Source of the DNA: Escherichia coli
GTDB taxonomy: Bacteria; Pseudomonadota; Gammaproteobacteria; Enterobacterales; Enterobacteriaceae
Reading direction: 5' to 3' (one strand)
Length of the DNA: 64,000 nt
Assembly: GCF_003334305.1 (NCBI RefSeq)
Contig: NZ_QOWS01000003.1
The notes under the pieces were generated by a model. That model had not been told where the DNA came from, ran no database searches, and saw only the letters and a list, made by a program, of their open reading frames with translations. Shown here one piece after another: positions 10,811 through 21,335 of this stretch (positions are counted from its first letter, which is position 1; every line of letters begins with the position of its first letter). Both the position numbers and the translations under genes were made by a program.

Positions 10811-10878
10811 GATTCATCCACTACTTGCATGGATGAGTAATGACTAATGTGGATAGAGTTTCTTTTTGAGGTTGGCTA

Positions 10879-11208
10879 ATGAAACGCTTTCCGCTATTTC
10901 TTTTATTCACCCTGCTCACGCTGTCCACCGTTCCGGCCCAGGCTGATATTATCGACGATACTATTGGTAATATTCAGCAGGCGATTAATGACGCTTATAA
11001 CCCTGACCGTGGGCGAGACTATGAAGATTCGCGCGACGACGGCTGGCAGCGTGAAGTGAGCGACGATCGGCGCAGACAATATGACGACCGCCGCCGCCAG
11101 TTTGAAGATCGCCGCAGGCAGCTGGACGATCGCCAGCGCCAGCTTGATCAGGAGCGTCGGCAACTGGAGGATGAAGAGCGGAGAATGGAAGATGAGTATG
11201 GGCGATGA
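10879..11208 (+). CDS. yjdP: small secreted protein with acidic/RRQ-rich repeats
   Basis: 109-aa ORF with signal peptide MKRFPLFLLFTLLTLSTVPAQA and DDRRRQ repeat-rich C-terminus. Confidence 0.85.
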   Translation: MKRFPLFLLFTLLTLSTVPAQADIIDDTIGNIQQAINDAYNPDRGRDYEDSRDDGWQREVSDDRRRQYDDRRRQFEDRRRQLDDRQRQLDQERRQLEDEERRMEDEYGR

Positions 11209-11230
11209 GGTTGGGTATGGAGCAGGCATC

Positions 11231-11333
11231 GCCCCTCACCCCAATGGGGAGAGGGAGAAAACGAGCGCAATATTCAATATCGAGCACAATCGGTCCCCTC
11301 GCCCCTCTGGGGAGAGGGTTAGGGTGAGGGGGC
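11231..11333. repeat. GC-rich imperfect palindromic intergenic repeat (boxC-like; family name tentative)
   Basis: GCCCCTCACCCCAATGGGGAGAGGG ... CCCCTCGCCCCTCTGGGGAGAGGGTTAGGGTGAGGGGGC; related copies at 20252-20294 and 38131-38206. Confidence 0.5.
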
Positions 11334-11354
11334 CAGCGCGCACATTCCCTCTCA

Positions 11355-12113
11355 TCACGCCACCCCAATCTCCATCCCATCAAACCCCACCTCAAACCCT
11401 GACGGTAGTGCGTTTTCCATCAGCCACGCATCAAACTGGTGGCTGATATGGGTCAGAATCACCTGTGGCGAGCGGATAACCTGATTCAGCGCAAGCACGG
11501 TATTTAAATCACAGTGATTACGCGGTGCATCCGCGCGCGGCGGGTGACTGCAATCAATCACCATCACCTGCGGATGATTATTGAGTAAAAATTTCAGCGT
11601 TTTTTCCGGCAGGCCAGCGGTGTCAGACAGCCACGCCACCCGGCTATGTGCCGTTTCCAGCAGATAACCGAAGGTCAGTTTTGAGTGGTTAAGCGGCAGC
11701 GGCGTGACCTGCAACCCCTGCAAATCAAACACCACAAACGGTTCCACTGTGTGGCTGAAATCAAGCAGGCCCGGATGTTTAAACAGATCGTCGCAGCCCT
11801 GTTCATCCGGCGGGCCGTAGACCGGGATCACATCGCCCACGCCCCAGCGTAGCGGAAATAGCCCCTGGACGTGATCCATATGGTAGTGCGTCAGCAAAAA
11901 CTGCTGGAACGATCCAGGCGACCAGCGATCGGTGAGATCGTGCCGCCCGGCGTCGATCAGGGTGATCGCGTCGTTAAACTTCACTACGCCGCTGCATGGC
12001 TGGCGGCGATACTGCGGCGAGCGCCGCGCTCTGGCGCAGGCCGCGCACTCGCAGCCCCATGCCGGAACGCCCTGTGCGCCGCCAGTGCCGGTGAGCGTGA
12101 GGGTCAGGCTCAT
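11355..12113 (-). CDS. phnP: phosphoribosyl 1,2-cyclic phosphate phosphodiesterase (metallo-beta-lactamase fold)
   Basis: 252-aa protein from the internal Met ([15 protein letters not shown]); HYHMDH metal motif; last gene of the phn operon. Confidence 0.92.
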   Translation of the reverse strand: MSLTLTLTGTGGAQGVPAWGCECAACARARRSPQYRRQPCSGVVKFNDAITLIDAGRHDLTDRWSPGSFQQFLLTHYHMDHVQGLFPLRWGVGDVIPVYGPPDEQGCDDLFKHPGLLDFSHTVEPFVVFDLQGLQVTPLPLNHSKLTFGYLLETAHSRVAWLSDTAGLPEKTLKFLLNNHPQVMVIDCSHPPRADAPRNHCDLNTVLALNQVIRSPQVILTHISHQFDAWLMENALPSGFEVGFDGMEIGVA

Positions 12114-12114
12114 G

Positions 12115-12549
12115 TTACAGCGCCTTGGTGAAGCGGAAGTGGCTCTGCTCGTAGCCTTCACGCAGGTAAAAACGGTGTGCGTCGTGGCGCTTCACGTTGG
12201 TGGAAAGCTCGGTCATTTCGGCCCCGGCCTGGCGGGCTTCTTCTTCTGCCCATGCCAGTAATTTACTGCCGACGTTCAGACCGCGCGCCTGCGGCATCAC
12301 CACCAGTTCCTGAATTTCGCCGATCCAGTTGACATGATGCAGATGAAACTGCAAATGCAGGCCGATCATGCCGACAACTTCGCCATCCAGCAGCGCCAGA
12401 TGGTAGCGCATGTTTGGGTCGCGCAGGTTGGCGTTAAAGCCCACGCGAAACGCATGGTGGTCAAACTCCGCCTGTTTTAGCTCACAAATCAGCGCGTAAA
12501 CCGCGTCGGTATCGTACTGCGTGGCCGGGCGAAGCTCACAAGCAGGCAT
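12115..12549 (-). CDS. phnO: aminoalkylphosphonate N-acetyltransferase (GNAT)
   Basis: 144-aa ORF; its stop is 1 nt from the phnP start. Confidence 0.92.
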
Positions 12550-13093
12550 GGTGTTTCTCCTTCTGATGGATCAGCGTCAGCAGCGTGTCGACCGACTGGC
12601 GCAGGCTGCCGTCATTGTTGAGCGTATGGCAATCCTGTGGAGTATAGCGGGCGGCGCGCGCCAGGCGGGCGTTAATTTCACTGGCGTTTTCACGGCCACG
12701 GTTTTCCAGGCGCTGGCGCAGGATCTCCGGCGAAACCTGTAAACAGACGGGCAGCAGCGCCGATTGATAGCGCGCCCGTGCCTGCGGCAAATGCGCGCGT
12801 GAACCGTTGACGACTACGTCGAATCCAGCGTGCAGCCAGAGGTCAATCTCGATGCCGACGCCATAATACAGACCGTTAGCGTGCCAGCTTAAGGCCAGCA
12901 GGTTTTGCCCCGCGCGGGTAAAAAACTCCCGCTCACTCAGGGCGATATGGTTTTCACTTCCGGCGCTGGCGTCGCGCGTGATGTAGCGATGCGCCACCAG
13001 TAACTGCGTTTGTTCCCGCAGGCGGAGTTCCGCCAGCAGGCTGTCTTTCCCGGAGCCGGACGGCCCCATTAACCAAATCAGTTTTCCCATCAT
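12536..13093 (-). CDS. phnN: ribose 1,5-bisphosphate phosphokinase
   Basis: 185-aa ORF with P-loop GPSGSGKDS; overlaps phnO. Confidence 0.92.
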
Positions 13094-14229
13094 CAGAACA
13101 CCCTTTTACCCTGACGCCAGACGTGGTCGATATGAATGTGATTGCCCTGGCGATGCGCCAGCACCAGGTCAGCGCGTTTACCCTCGCCAATCACCCCGCG
13201 ATCCTGAAGATTCAGCGCCTGCGCCGGATTTTTGGTCACCAGCCTCACCGCCTGCGGTAGCGTAAAGCGGTTGCTCTCGTCATCGGCGACGCGGAACGCC
13301 GCATCCAGCAGGCTGGCTGGGTAGTAGTCGGAAGAGAGGATATCCAGCAGACCAAGCTGCGCCAGTTCACTGGCCGCCACATTGCCGGAGTGCGAGCCGC
13401 CACGCACGATATTTGGCGCACCCATCAGCACGTTCATGCCATGCTTACGCGAGGCTTCCGCCGCTTCGAACGTGGTGGGAAATTCGGCGATCACGCTGCC
13501 AAGTTGGTGGGATTCGGCAACGTGGGCGTGCGTGGCGTCATCGTGGCTGGCGAGCGCAATTTGTCGCGCGCGGCACAGGGCGGCGATGGATTCGCGATTC
13601 GGCTGCGACCAGCGTGCGGCGAGCGCCAATTGCTCTTCTTCGTACTGCTGCATCTGCGCATCGGTGAGGGAGTATTTGCCCTGATAATATTCGCGATACT
13701 TCTCGCGGTTAGCGAACTGGCGCTGGCCCGGTGAGTGGTCCATCAGCGACACCAGCGTCACCGGTTCGCGCTGAACCAGTTTTTCAAACAGCGGCAGTGT
13801 GGTGTGATGCGGCAGCTCGCAGCGCAGGTGCAGACGGTGCTCGGCGCGGTTGACGCCGCGTTTCTGCGTCTCTTCGATGGTGTTGATCATCTTCTCCAGA
13901 TTCTCCAGCCGATCGCCGCCGTCGCGCACGTCGCCAATCGCCACCGCGTCCAGCACGGTGGTGATGCCGCTTGCCACCATCAGCGCGTCGTGGCTGCTCA
14001 TCGCCGAATGGGCGGGCCAGTCGACTTTCGGGCGCGGGGTGAAGAATTTATCGAGGTTGTCGGTATGCAGCTCAATCAGGCCGGGTAGTAGCCAGCCACC
14101 TTCGCCGTCCATCGCTTCTGGCAGGCGGCTCTGGCTTTCGGCAAAGGCGCGGATTTCGCCATCCTGCACCTCCAGCGAACCGTGTACCACTTCGTTTTCC
14201 AGCACCAGTTTGACGTTATTGATAATCAT
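13093..14229 (-). CDS. phnM: amidohydrolase-family RPnTP diphosphatase
   Basis: 378-aa ORF; overlaps phnN and phnL. Confidence 0.92.
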   Translation of the reverse strand: MIINNVKLVLENEVVHGSLEVQDGEIRAFAESQSRLPEAMDGEGGWLLPGLIELHTDNLDKFFTPRPKVDWPAHSAMSSHDALMVASGITTVLDAVAIGDVRDGGDRLENLEKMINTIEETQKRGVNRAEHRLHLRCELPHHTTLPLFEKLVQREPVTLVSLMDHSPGQRQFANREKYREYYQGKYSLTDAQMQQYEEEQLALAARWSQPNRESIAALCRARQIALASHDDATHAHVAESHQLGSVIAEFPTTFEAAEASRKHGMNVLMGAPNIVRGGSHSGNVAASELAQLGLLDILSSDYYPASLLDAAFRVADDESNRFTLPQAVRLVTKNPAQALNLQDRGVIGEGKRADLVLAHRQGNHIHIDHVWRQGKRVF

Positions 14230-14906
14230 GCAGAGGCTCCCATTGGGTGCAAGCGGTCGGCGACGTCATTACGTACAGCTTCGTCATGGAAGATGCCTAC
14301 GATGGCTGCGCCACGGGTTTTGGCTTCGCGAATCAGTTCCACCACCGCGGCGCTGTTTTTGGCGTCCAGCGAGGCGGTAGGTTCGTCAAGCAGCAGAATG
14401 GGGTAGTCGACGATAAAGCCGCGGGCGATGTTGACGCGCTGCTGTTCGCCACCGGAAAATGTCGATGGTGCCAGGTGCCACAGGCGTTCCGGCACGTTCA
14501 GGCGGGTGAGCAGACGCGCGGCTTTAGCGGCGCAGGCTTCACGCGGAACGCCGGTATCGAGCAGCGGCTGCATCACCACTTCCAGTGCTGAAATACGCGG
14601 GATGACGCGCAGAAACTGGCTCACCCAGCCGACGGTGGTTTTGCGGATCTCCACCACTTTGCGGGCTGGCGCGGTGACCAGGTCTACCCACTCGTCACCG
14701 TGTTTGATCTGGATTTGACCTTCATCGGGCAGATAGTTGGCGTACAGCGAGCGCAGCAGGGTTGATTTGCCGCTGCCGGAGTGACCGTGGAGCACCACGC
14801 ATTCGCCCGCGTTGACGGTGAGCGAGGCGCGGTTGAGGACGGGCAGGCGCACGCCGTTTTGCTGGTGCAGGATGAAGGTTTTACTGACGTTTTGTACGTT
14901 AATCAT
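14226..14906 (-). CDS. phnL: C-P lyase ATP-binding component
   Basis: 226-aa protein from the internal Met [11 protein letters not shown]; Walker [10 protein letters not shown]. Confidence 0.9.
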   Translation of the reverse strand: MINVQNVSKTFILHQQNGVRLPVLNRASLTVNAGECVVLHGHSGSGKSTLLRSLYANYLPDEGQIQIKHGDEWVDLVTAPARKVVEIRKTTVGWVSQFLRVIPRISALEVVMQPLLDTGVPREACAAKAARLLTRLNVPERLWHLAPSTFSGGEQQRVNIARGFIVDYPILLLDEPTASLDAKNSAAVVELIREAKTRGAAIVGIFHDEAVRNDVADRLHPMGASA

Positions 14907-14925
14907 TTTTCGCCTCGTGGTTCGG

Positions 14926-15011
<86 letters not shown>

Positions 15012-15016
15012 CCGGC

Positions 15017-15775
15017 TCAATTCTGCAAAACCGATGACACCAGCAGCTGTGTATACGGATGATGCGGGTCGTCGAGCACGCGGTCGGTTAACCCACTCTC
15101 CACCACTTGCCCCTGCTTCATCACCAGCAAACGGTCCGCCAGCAGGCGGGCGACGCCTAAATCATGGGTGACAATCACCACCGCGAGGTTCAGCTCCACC
15201 ACCAGGCCGCGCAGCAGGTCGAGCAGGCGGGCCTGCACCGACACATCCAGCCCGCCGGTCGGTTCATCCATAAACACCAGCTTCGGATGCGTCACCAGGT
15301 TGCGGGCAATCTGCAAACGCTGCTGCATACCGCCGGAAAAGGTGGTCGGCAGGTCGTCGATCCGGTTGGCGGGAATCTCCACCTCTTCCAGCCACTTCTG
15401 CGCGGTGGCGCGAATGTCGCCGTAATGACGCGCCCCGGTCGCCATCAACCGCTCGCCGATATTGCCGCCTGCCGAGACCTGACGGCGCAGGCCGTCGAGT
15501 GGATGCTGATGCACTACGCCCCATTCGGTGCGCAGCAGGCGACGGCGGTCGGCCTCGCTCATTGCATACAGCGAACGGTTCTCGTAGTGAATCTCCCCCT
15601 GCTGCGGCGTCAGACGCGCGGAGATCGACTTCAGCAGCGTGGTCTTCCCGGAGCCGGATTCTCCGACAATGCCCAGCACTTCTCCCGGCCATAAATCAAA
15701 AGAGACATCGCTAAAGCCTTTGCCCGGCGCGTAAAGGTGGGTCAGGTTATTGACCGAAAGTAACGGTTTATTCAT
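15017..15775 (-). CDS. phnK: C-P lyase ATP-binding component
   Basis: 252-aa protein from the internal Met [11 protein letters not shown]; Walker [10 protein letters not shown]; ATGA overlap with phnJ stop. Confidence 0.9.
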   Translation of the reverse strand: MNKPLLSVNNLTHLYAPGKGFSDVSFDLWPGEVLGIVGESGSGKTTLLKSISARLTPQQGEIHYENRSLYAMSEADRRRLLRTEWGVVHQHPLDGLRRQVSAGGNIGERLMATGARHYGDIRATAQKWLEEVEIPANRIDDLPTTFSGGMQQRLQIARNLVTHPKLVFMDEPTGGLDVSVQARLLDLLRGLVVELNLAVVIVTHDLGVARLLADRLLVMKQGQVVESGLTDRVLDDPHHPYTQLLVSSVLQN

Positions 15776-16617
15776 TGGCTTTTCGCCTCGCTCTGTTGGC
15801 GGCAATAATCGGTATCGGAGCAGACAAACATGCGGTTTCCGGCGTCATCCAGCACCACTTCATCAAGATAGCTGTGGGTCGATCCGCAGATGGCGCATGG
15901 CTCATCCCACTGCTGAACGGTGAACGGGTGATCGTCGAAATCGAGACTTTCCACGCGGGTAAACGGCGGCACCGCATAGATGCGCTTCTCGCGCCCTGCG
16001 CCGAACAGCTGCAGGGCGGGCATCATGTCCATTTTCGGGTTATCGAATTTCGGGATCGGCGACGGGTCCATCACGTAGCGCCCGTTCACCTTCACCGGAT
16101 AAGCATAGGTGGTGGCGATATGACCGAAGCGGGCGATATCTTCATACAGTTTCACCTGCATCACGCCGTACTCCTCCAGCGCGTGCATAGTGCGGGTCTC
16201 CGTTTCGCGCGGCTCGATAAAGCGCAGCGGTTCCGGGATTGGCACCTGGAAGATAATGATCTGATCTTCGGTCAGCGGCGTTTCGGGGATGCGGTGACGC
16301 GTCTGGATAAGCGTCGCATCGTCCGTACGTTCAGTGGTGTTTACCCCGGTCACGCGCTTAAAGAAGTTGCGAATCGACACGGCGTTGGTGGTGTCATCCG
16401 CACCCTGGTCAATCACCTTCAACACGTCGCTTTCGCCAATCACGCTGGCGGTGAGCTGAATGCCGCCGGTTCCCCAGCCGTAGGGCATCGGCATCTCGCG
16501 CCCGCCAAACGGCACCTGATAACCGGGGATAGCCACCGCTTTTAAGATGGCGCGGCGGATCATGCGTTTGGTCTGCTCGTCGAGGTAGGCAAAGTTGTAG
16601 CCGCTCAGATTAGCCAT
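15772..16617 (-). CDS. phnJ: C-P lyase catalytic subunit
   Basis: 281-aa protein from the internal Met MANLSGYNFAYLDEQTKR; C-terminal CxxCxxxxxC cysteine cluster. Confidence 0.9.
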   Translation of the reverse strand: MANLSGYNFAYLDEQTKRMIRRAILKAVAIPGYQVPFGGREMPMPYGWGTGGIQLTASVIGESDVLKVIDQGADDTTNAVSIRNFFKRVTGVNTTERTDDATLIQTRHRIPETPLTEDQIIIFQVPIPEPLRFIEPRETETRTMHALEEYGVMQVKLYEDIARFGHIATTYAYPVKVNGRYVMDPSPIPKFDNPKMDMMPALQLFGAGREKRIYAVPPFTRVESLDFDDHPFTVQQWDEPCAICGSTHSYLDEVVLDDAGNRMFVCSDTDYCRQQSEAKSQ

Positions 16618-17674
16618 GGTTCTGCTCCTGTTGCAGACGTTTGAGTAGCTCCAGTTCGGCCTGGAAATCGACGTAGTGCGGGAGTTTGAGGTGCGAGACA
16701 AAGCCTGCGGCTTCGACGTTGTCGGCATGTGCCAGCACAAACTCTTCATCCTGCGCCGGGCCTGTCGCGTGCTCGCCGTATTCCGGAGCCTGCAACGCAC
16801 GATCGACCAGCGCCATTGCCATCGCTTTGCGCTCGCTCATGCCGAATACCAGCCCGTAGCCGCGCGTGAAGTGCGGCGGCTCATCCGGCGGGTCGATAAA
16901 ACCGTTGACCATTTCACACTCGGTCATCAGTAGTTCGCCGACGTTTACCGCAAATCCCAGCTCTTCCGGCACAATCGACACGTCGATGTAACCACTGCGG
17001 ATCTCGCCCGCGAACGGGTGATTGCGTCCGTAACCACGCTGGGTGGAGTAGGCCAGCGCCAGCAAATAGCCTTCGTCCCCGCGCATTAATTGTTGCAGGC
17101 GGGAGGAGCGTGAGCAGGGGTAAACCGGCGGCGTGCGGGTGATGTCATCCGGCTGTGCGCCGCTATCTTCTTCAAACTTCGCCAGCCCCTGACGCGCCAG
17201 CAGGCTGAAAACGTGCGGCGACGGCTGTTGTTCGCTGTCGGCGGTGGTCAGCGTCGGCGCTTCGCCGTTTGCCAGCAGGGTGAAATCGAGCAGGCGATGG
17301 GTGTAGTCGTAGGTTGGGCCAAGCAACTGACCGCCGGGAATATCTTTATAAACCGCTGAAATACGCCGTTCGAGACGCATCTCCGTGGTGTCGAGCGGCT
17401 CGCTTACCGCCAGCTTCGCCAGCGTGGTGCGGTAGGCGCGTAGCAGGAAAATCGCTTCGACGTTATCGCCGCTGGCCTGTTTCAGCGCCAGCGCCGCCAG
17501 TTCGCGGTCGGCAATGCCGCCTTCGGTCATCACGCGATCTACTGCAAGATTAAGCTGCTGTTCAATCTGGGCGACGCTCAGTTCAGGCAAATCGGTATTG
17601 CCCCGGCGTCGGCTCTCTTGCAGGGCGTGGGCGGCGTCGATCGCCTTCTCGCCCCCTTTCACGGCAACGTACAT
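16610..17674 (-). CDS. phnI: C-P lyase core component
   Basis: 354-aa protein from the internal Met [13 protein letters not shown]; ATGA overlap with phnH. Confidence 0.9.
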   Translation of the reverse strand: MYVAVKGGEKAIDAAHALQESRRRGNTDLPELSVAQIEQQLNLAVDRVMTEGGIADRELAALALKQASGDNVEAIFLLRAYRTTLAKLAVSEPLDTTEMRLERRISAVYKDIPGGQLLGPTYDYTHRLLDFTLLANGEAPTLTTADSEQQPSPHVFSLLARQGLAKFEEDSGAQPDDITRTPPVYPCSRSSRLQQLMRGDEGYLLALAYSTQRGYGRNHPFAGEIRSGYIDVSIVPEELGFAVNVGELLMTECEMVNGFIDPPDEPPHFTRGYGLVFGMSERKAMAMALVDRALQAPEYGEHATGPAQDEEFVLAHADNVEAAGFVSHLKLPHYVDFQAELELLKRLQQEQNHG

Positions 17675-18258
17675 CAGCACACCTCCACATGAGTGGTTCG
17701 CGGGATAGCCAGCAGCCGCTCGCCGCAGGTCAGGATCAGGTCGATGCCGAGCGGGAACGGGTGCGGGCGCTCGGTGAGTTCGTGCAGAATGCACTCCGGC
17801 AGCTGCGGAGCGATCATTCGTTCTTCGGCAATACCCGCGCCAGTAAGGCGCAGCATGCGCCCGCCGCTCAGGCTGGCGACCTGTAAAATCAGCGTTGCAC
17901 CCGCTTCCGGCGCAACGGCGGTGCCGGTGGAAAGGGCGTTAAGCTGTTCGCTGGAAATCGCCTCATCCGTCACCGCGAAGGTCGCCTGTTCCGGCTGGCT
18001 GACCAGCGGCGCGTTGGTATGAAAACGCAGGCTCTGGCTGACGATATCGTTACTCAATGGCGCGGCAAGCCACACCGGCGTGTCGTTATCGGCCAGCGTC
18101 AGCAGCACGCTGGTGGTGGCGATATTCAGCGGCTGCCAGCCGCGCTTGAGCTGATGCAGGGCGACAATCACGCCCGGCTCGCTCATGGCCTTTAACAGGC
18201 GACGAAAACTGTGCTGGGCATCCTGCACGGGAAGCATAAAAGCGGTTTCCAGGGTCAT
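17674..18258 (-). CDS. phnH: C-P lyase core component
   Basis: 194-aa ORF; overlaps phnI and phnG. Confidence 0.9.
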   Translation of the reverse strand: MTLETAFMLPVQDAQHSFRRLLKAMSEPGVIVALHQLKRGWQPLNIATTSVLLTLADNDTPVWLAAPLSNDIVSQSLRFHTNAPLVSQPEQATFAVTDEAISSEQLNALSTGTAVAPEAGATLILQVASLSGGRMLRLTGAGIAEERMIAPQLPECILHELTERPHPFPLGIDLILTCGERLLAIPRTTHVEVC

Positions 18259-18707
18259 GCGTTGTCTCCGCGAACCATCGTAAAGAAGTCGACCCGGCTG
18301 GCGTTCACTTCGGCCTGGCGTGCGGCAATGCGTGCCATACGGTCAGCGTCCAGCGGGGCAATAAGGGTTTCTGATAAGTTTTGAAAATAGCGAGATTGCT
18401 GCATCAGCGCGTCAATCAGCGCGCAGCGTTCGGCGTGCTGTTTGTCGCGCCCCAGCACCCAGCTGTAGCCGAGCGTGCCGTCAGTCAGGCGTACGGCGGC
18501 GCGGGTGAGCGTGGCGTCGCCGGCAAAAAAGCGTTCGCCGGTGCCGCCCATCCGCGCCTGAATCTGCACCAGGCCGGTTTCGGCGGCGCGGATAACCTCA
18601 TAGTCGGCGGTGATGTTCAGTGCTTTCAGGCGGGCTGCCAGTTCAGCCGGTTGGCTGTGCGCCAGTACGGACATCCAGTGCTGGCGGGTCGCGGTATCTG
18701 CGTGCAT
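18255..18707 (-). CDS. phnG: C-P lyase core component
   Basis: 150-aa ORF directly after phnF. Confidence 0.9.
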   Translation of the reverse strand: MHADTATRQHWMSVLAHSQPAELAARLKALNITADYEVIRAAETGLVQIQARMGGTGERFFAGDATLTRAAVRLTDGTLGYSWVLGRDKQHAERCALIDALMQQSRYFQNLSETLIAPLDADRMARIAARQAEVNASRVDFFTMVRGDNA

Positions 18708-19433
18708 TCAGTGCTCCATAGTGAATTCAATCATGTCGGCGCGCGTCAGGCTGACGGAGTACTCCGCCGGGCTGCTTTCACCGTCACGGTGGTTAAGGGT
18801 GCGCACGCACAGCAGCGGCGACATATTCGGAATTTCAAGACGCTGGCACTCTTTGGCCTGGGCGCGACGGGCGCTGATCCGCGTCTGGCTGCGGCGCAGC
18901 GCAATTCCGGTTTGCTCGCGCAGAAAATCGTGCAGCGAACCGCTGTCGAAACGTTGCAGTGTCGGCCAGAGGGTGAGGTCCGCAAAGTAGTGGTCGATTA
19001 AACAGAGCGCGATGCCGTTGACCCGGCGCAGGGTGCGCAGGTGGATGACGTTCTCCCCCTCGGTTATCCCCAGCGCGTCAGCGACGTGACCAGATGCCGG
19101 GCGCAGCACCGACAGCAGTTTTTCGCTGGTGGGATGGCTGCCCTGATCCAGCAGGTTCTGGCTAAAACGCGCCTGGGCGTTGAGCGGGTAATCGAACGGG
19201 CGCATCAGCACCAGCACGCCGACGCCCTGACGGCGCTGTACCCAGCCTTTTTCCACCAGTTGGTCGATGGCGCGGCGCAGGGTGTGGCGGTTCACCTCAA
19301 AGCGCGCCGCCAGTTGCTGCTCGGCGGGAAGATAGTCGCCGCAGCGGTAGTGTTGACGAAGCTCCTGCTCAAGTTTTGCGGCTATCTCCTGATAGCGTGT
19401 TGGGTAGCTGGTCGGATGTGTAGACAAGTGCAT
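18708..19433 (-). CDS. phnF: GntR-family repressor of the phn operon
   Basis: 241-aa protein from the internal Met MHLSTHPTSYPTRYQEIA; N-terminal wHTH and C-terminal UTRA-like domain. Confidence 0.9.
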   Translation of the reverse strand: MHLSTHPTSYPTRYQEIAAKLEQELRQHYRCGDYLPAEQQLAARFEVNRHTLRRAIDQLVEKGWVQRRQGVGVLVLMRPFDYPLNAQARFSQNLLDQGSHPTSEKLLSVLRPASGHVADALGITEGENVIHLRTLRRVNGIALCLIDHYFADLTLWPTLQRFDSGSLHDFLREQTGIALRRSQTRISARRAQAKECQRLEIPNMSPLLCVRTLNHRDGESSPAEYSVSLTRADMIEFTMEH

Positions 19434-19453
19434 AGATATCAATGCCTCGCTTA

Positions 19454-20233
19454 TCAGATAAAGTGCTTACGCAACCGTTGAGAGAGGAAATCCAGCAGGC
19501 TGACCGTGACGATGATAAGCACCATCAGGGCGCAGGTTTGCTGGAACTGGAAACCGCGAATCGCTTCCCACAGGGTGACGCCGATCCCGCCTGCACCGAC
19601 CATGCCGACGACGGTCGCCGAGCGGACGTTGGATTCGAAGCGATAGAGGGAGTAGGAGATCAGCAGCGGCATTACCTGTGGCAGCACGCCGTAAAGGATC
19701 TCTTCCAGCTTGTTGGCGCCGGTGGCGCGAATGCCTTCCACCGGGCCGGGTTCAATCGCTTCCACCGCTTCGGAAAGCAGTTTCGAGAGCACGCCGGTGG
19801 TGTGAATAAATAGCGCCAGCACGCCAGCGAACGGTCCGAGACCGACGGCGACCACGAACAGCATGGCGAAGACCATTTCGTTAATGGCGCGGCAGGCGTC
19901 CATCAGGCGGCGAACGGGCTGGTAAACCCACCACGGCACCAGGTTTTCGGCGCTCATCAGGCCGAAGGGGATGGAGAGAACCACTGCCAGCGCGGTGCCC
20001 CAGACGGCGATTTGCAGCGTGACGGCCATTTCGGTGAGGTAATCCTGCCACTGGCTGAAATCGGGCGGGAAGAAGTCGGCAGCGAAGGTTGCCATGTTGC
20101 CGCCGTCTTTAATCAGCGTAAGCGGGGCCATTTCCGCGCCCTGCCACGAGACGACCAGCACGGCGAGAACAACGGCCCAGCTCAGAAGCGAGAACCAGCT
20201 ACGCTTGGATGGGGCGATGGTGATGGTTTGCAT
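19454..20233 (-). CDS. phnE: phosphonate ABC transporter permease, uninterrupted
   Basis: single 259-aa polytopic ORF with no frameshift. Confidence 0.9.
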   Translation of the reverse strand: MQTITIAPSKRSWFSLLSWAVVLAVLVVSWQGAEMAPLTLIKDGGNMATFAADFFPPDFSQWQDYLTEMAVTLQIAVWGTALAVVLSIPFGLMSAENLVPWWVYQPVRRLMDACRAINEMVFAMLFVVAVGLGPFAGVLALFIHTTGVLSKLLSEAVEAIEPGPVEGIRATGANKLEEILYGVLPQVMPLLISYSLYRFESNVRSATVVGMVGAGGIGVTLWEAIRGFQFQQTCALMVLIIVTVSLLDFLSQRLRKHFI

Positions 20234-20251
20234 GTTTGGCTCCGTTTAATG

Positions 20252-20294
20252 TTTTCTCCCTCTCCCTCAAGGGAGAGGGGACCGATCGAGCACA
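20252..20294. repeat. copy of GC-rich palindromic repeat (boxC-like) between phnE and phnD
   Basis: TTCTCCCTCTCCCTCAAGGGAGAGGGGACCGATCGAGCACA; its reverse complement matches the 11231-11333 element (GGGAGAGGGAGAAAAC and CGAGCACAATCGGTCCCCTC segments). Confidence 0.5.
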
Positions 20295-21311
20295 TTACTG
20301 CACCGCTTTACTCACCGAACTCATCGCGCTTAACGCGTTGTTCAGGCGGTCCAGGTCATCCAGCTGCGCCTGAATCTCGGTGGTTTTCGCCAGCTTGTCC
20401 TGCTCATTCAGTCCTTTATTGCTTTTTACGCCCTGCATCTCTTTAAACAGTGCGAGCTGGCGAATCGGCACCAGTTGCAGGTCGCTGGAGGCGCGGAACG
20501 GGGCCCAGCCCAGGCGTTCCAGCACCGCTTTCTCTTCCGGCGTTTTTCCGTAGTTCATAAAGAAGTCGTAGATCTTGTCTTTGGTGGTTTCGGAGAGATT
20601 CTTGCGCCAGACGATCGGATCGCCTGGGATCAGCGGCGACTTCCAGATCATCTTCAGTTCTTTCAGCTTCTCTGGCGCGGAGGTTTTCAGCTTGTCGAGG
20701 TTTTCGGTGTTGTTGGTGGCAACATCCACCTGCTTGTTGGCGACGGCCAGCGCGTTGGTTTCATGCCCAGCGTTGACGGTGCGCTTAAAGTCGCTGGCGG
20801 AGATATTGTTTTTGGCAAAGACGTAGTAACCGGGGACGAGGAAGCCAGAGGTGGAGTTAGGATCGCCATTGCCGAAGGTGAGATCTTTCCGCTTCGCCAG
20901 CAGATCGTTCAGGTTGTTGATCGGACTATCTTTGTTGACGATCAACACGCTCCAGTAACCTGGCGATCCATCCGCCGCGACCGTCTGGGCGAAGACCTGG
21001 CCGTTGGCGCGATCCACCGCTTCCATTGCCGACAGGTTGCCGTACCAGGCGATATCCACTTTATTGAAGCGCATTCCCTGGATAATGCCTGCGTAGTCTG
21101 GGGCAAAGAAGGCGTTCACCTTCACGCCCAGCTTCTTCTCCATATCCTGTAAGAATGGCGTCCATTGCGGTTTCAGGTTTTGCTGTGATTCCGTTGAAAT
21201 AATGCCGAAATTCAGCGCCTTTTCCTGCTCTTCGGCGTGTGCCGGGCTTAACAGGGTGCTGAGGCTGAACATGCTGGTGAAGGCCAGCGAGGCAATTATC
21301 TTAGCGTTCAT
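20295..21311 (-). CDS. phnD: phosphonate ABC transporter periplasmic binding protein
   Basis: 338-aa ORF with signal peptide. Confidence 0.92.
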   Translation of the reverse strand: MNAKIIASLAFTSMFSLSTLLSPAHAEEQEKALNFGIISTESQQNLKPQWTPFLQDMEKKLGVKVNAFFAPDYAGIIQGMRFNKVDIAWYGNLSAMEAVDRANGQVFAQTVAADGSPGYWSVLIVNKDSPINNLNDLLAKRKDLTFGNGDPNSTSGFLVPGYYVFAKNNISASDFKRTVNAGHETNALAVANKQVDVATNNTENLDKLKTSAPEKLKELKMIWKSPLIPGDPIVWRKNLSETTKDKIYDFFMNYGKTPEEKAVLERLGWAPFRASSDLQLVPIRQLALFKEMQGVKSNKGLNEQDKLAKTTEIQAQLDDLDRLNNALSAMSSVSKAVQ

Positions 21312-21335
21312 TCGTTTTCCTCAATGATGGGGATG

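Noticed and set aside
11231-11333. Possible CRISPR array from the repeated CCCCTC..GGGAGAGGG units
   Set aside because: Only two imperfect units in palindromic arrangement, no regular spacers, no cas genes nearby, and single copies elsewhere in the window; this is a dispersed palindromic repeat.
11081-11446. 121-aa and 136-aa ORFs spanning the yjdP-phnP intergenic region
   Set aside because: They run through the GC-rich palindromic repeat and overlap yjdP and phnP; their composition is dominated by repeat-derived Pro/Gly/Arg.
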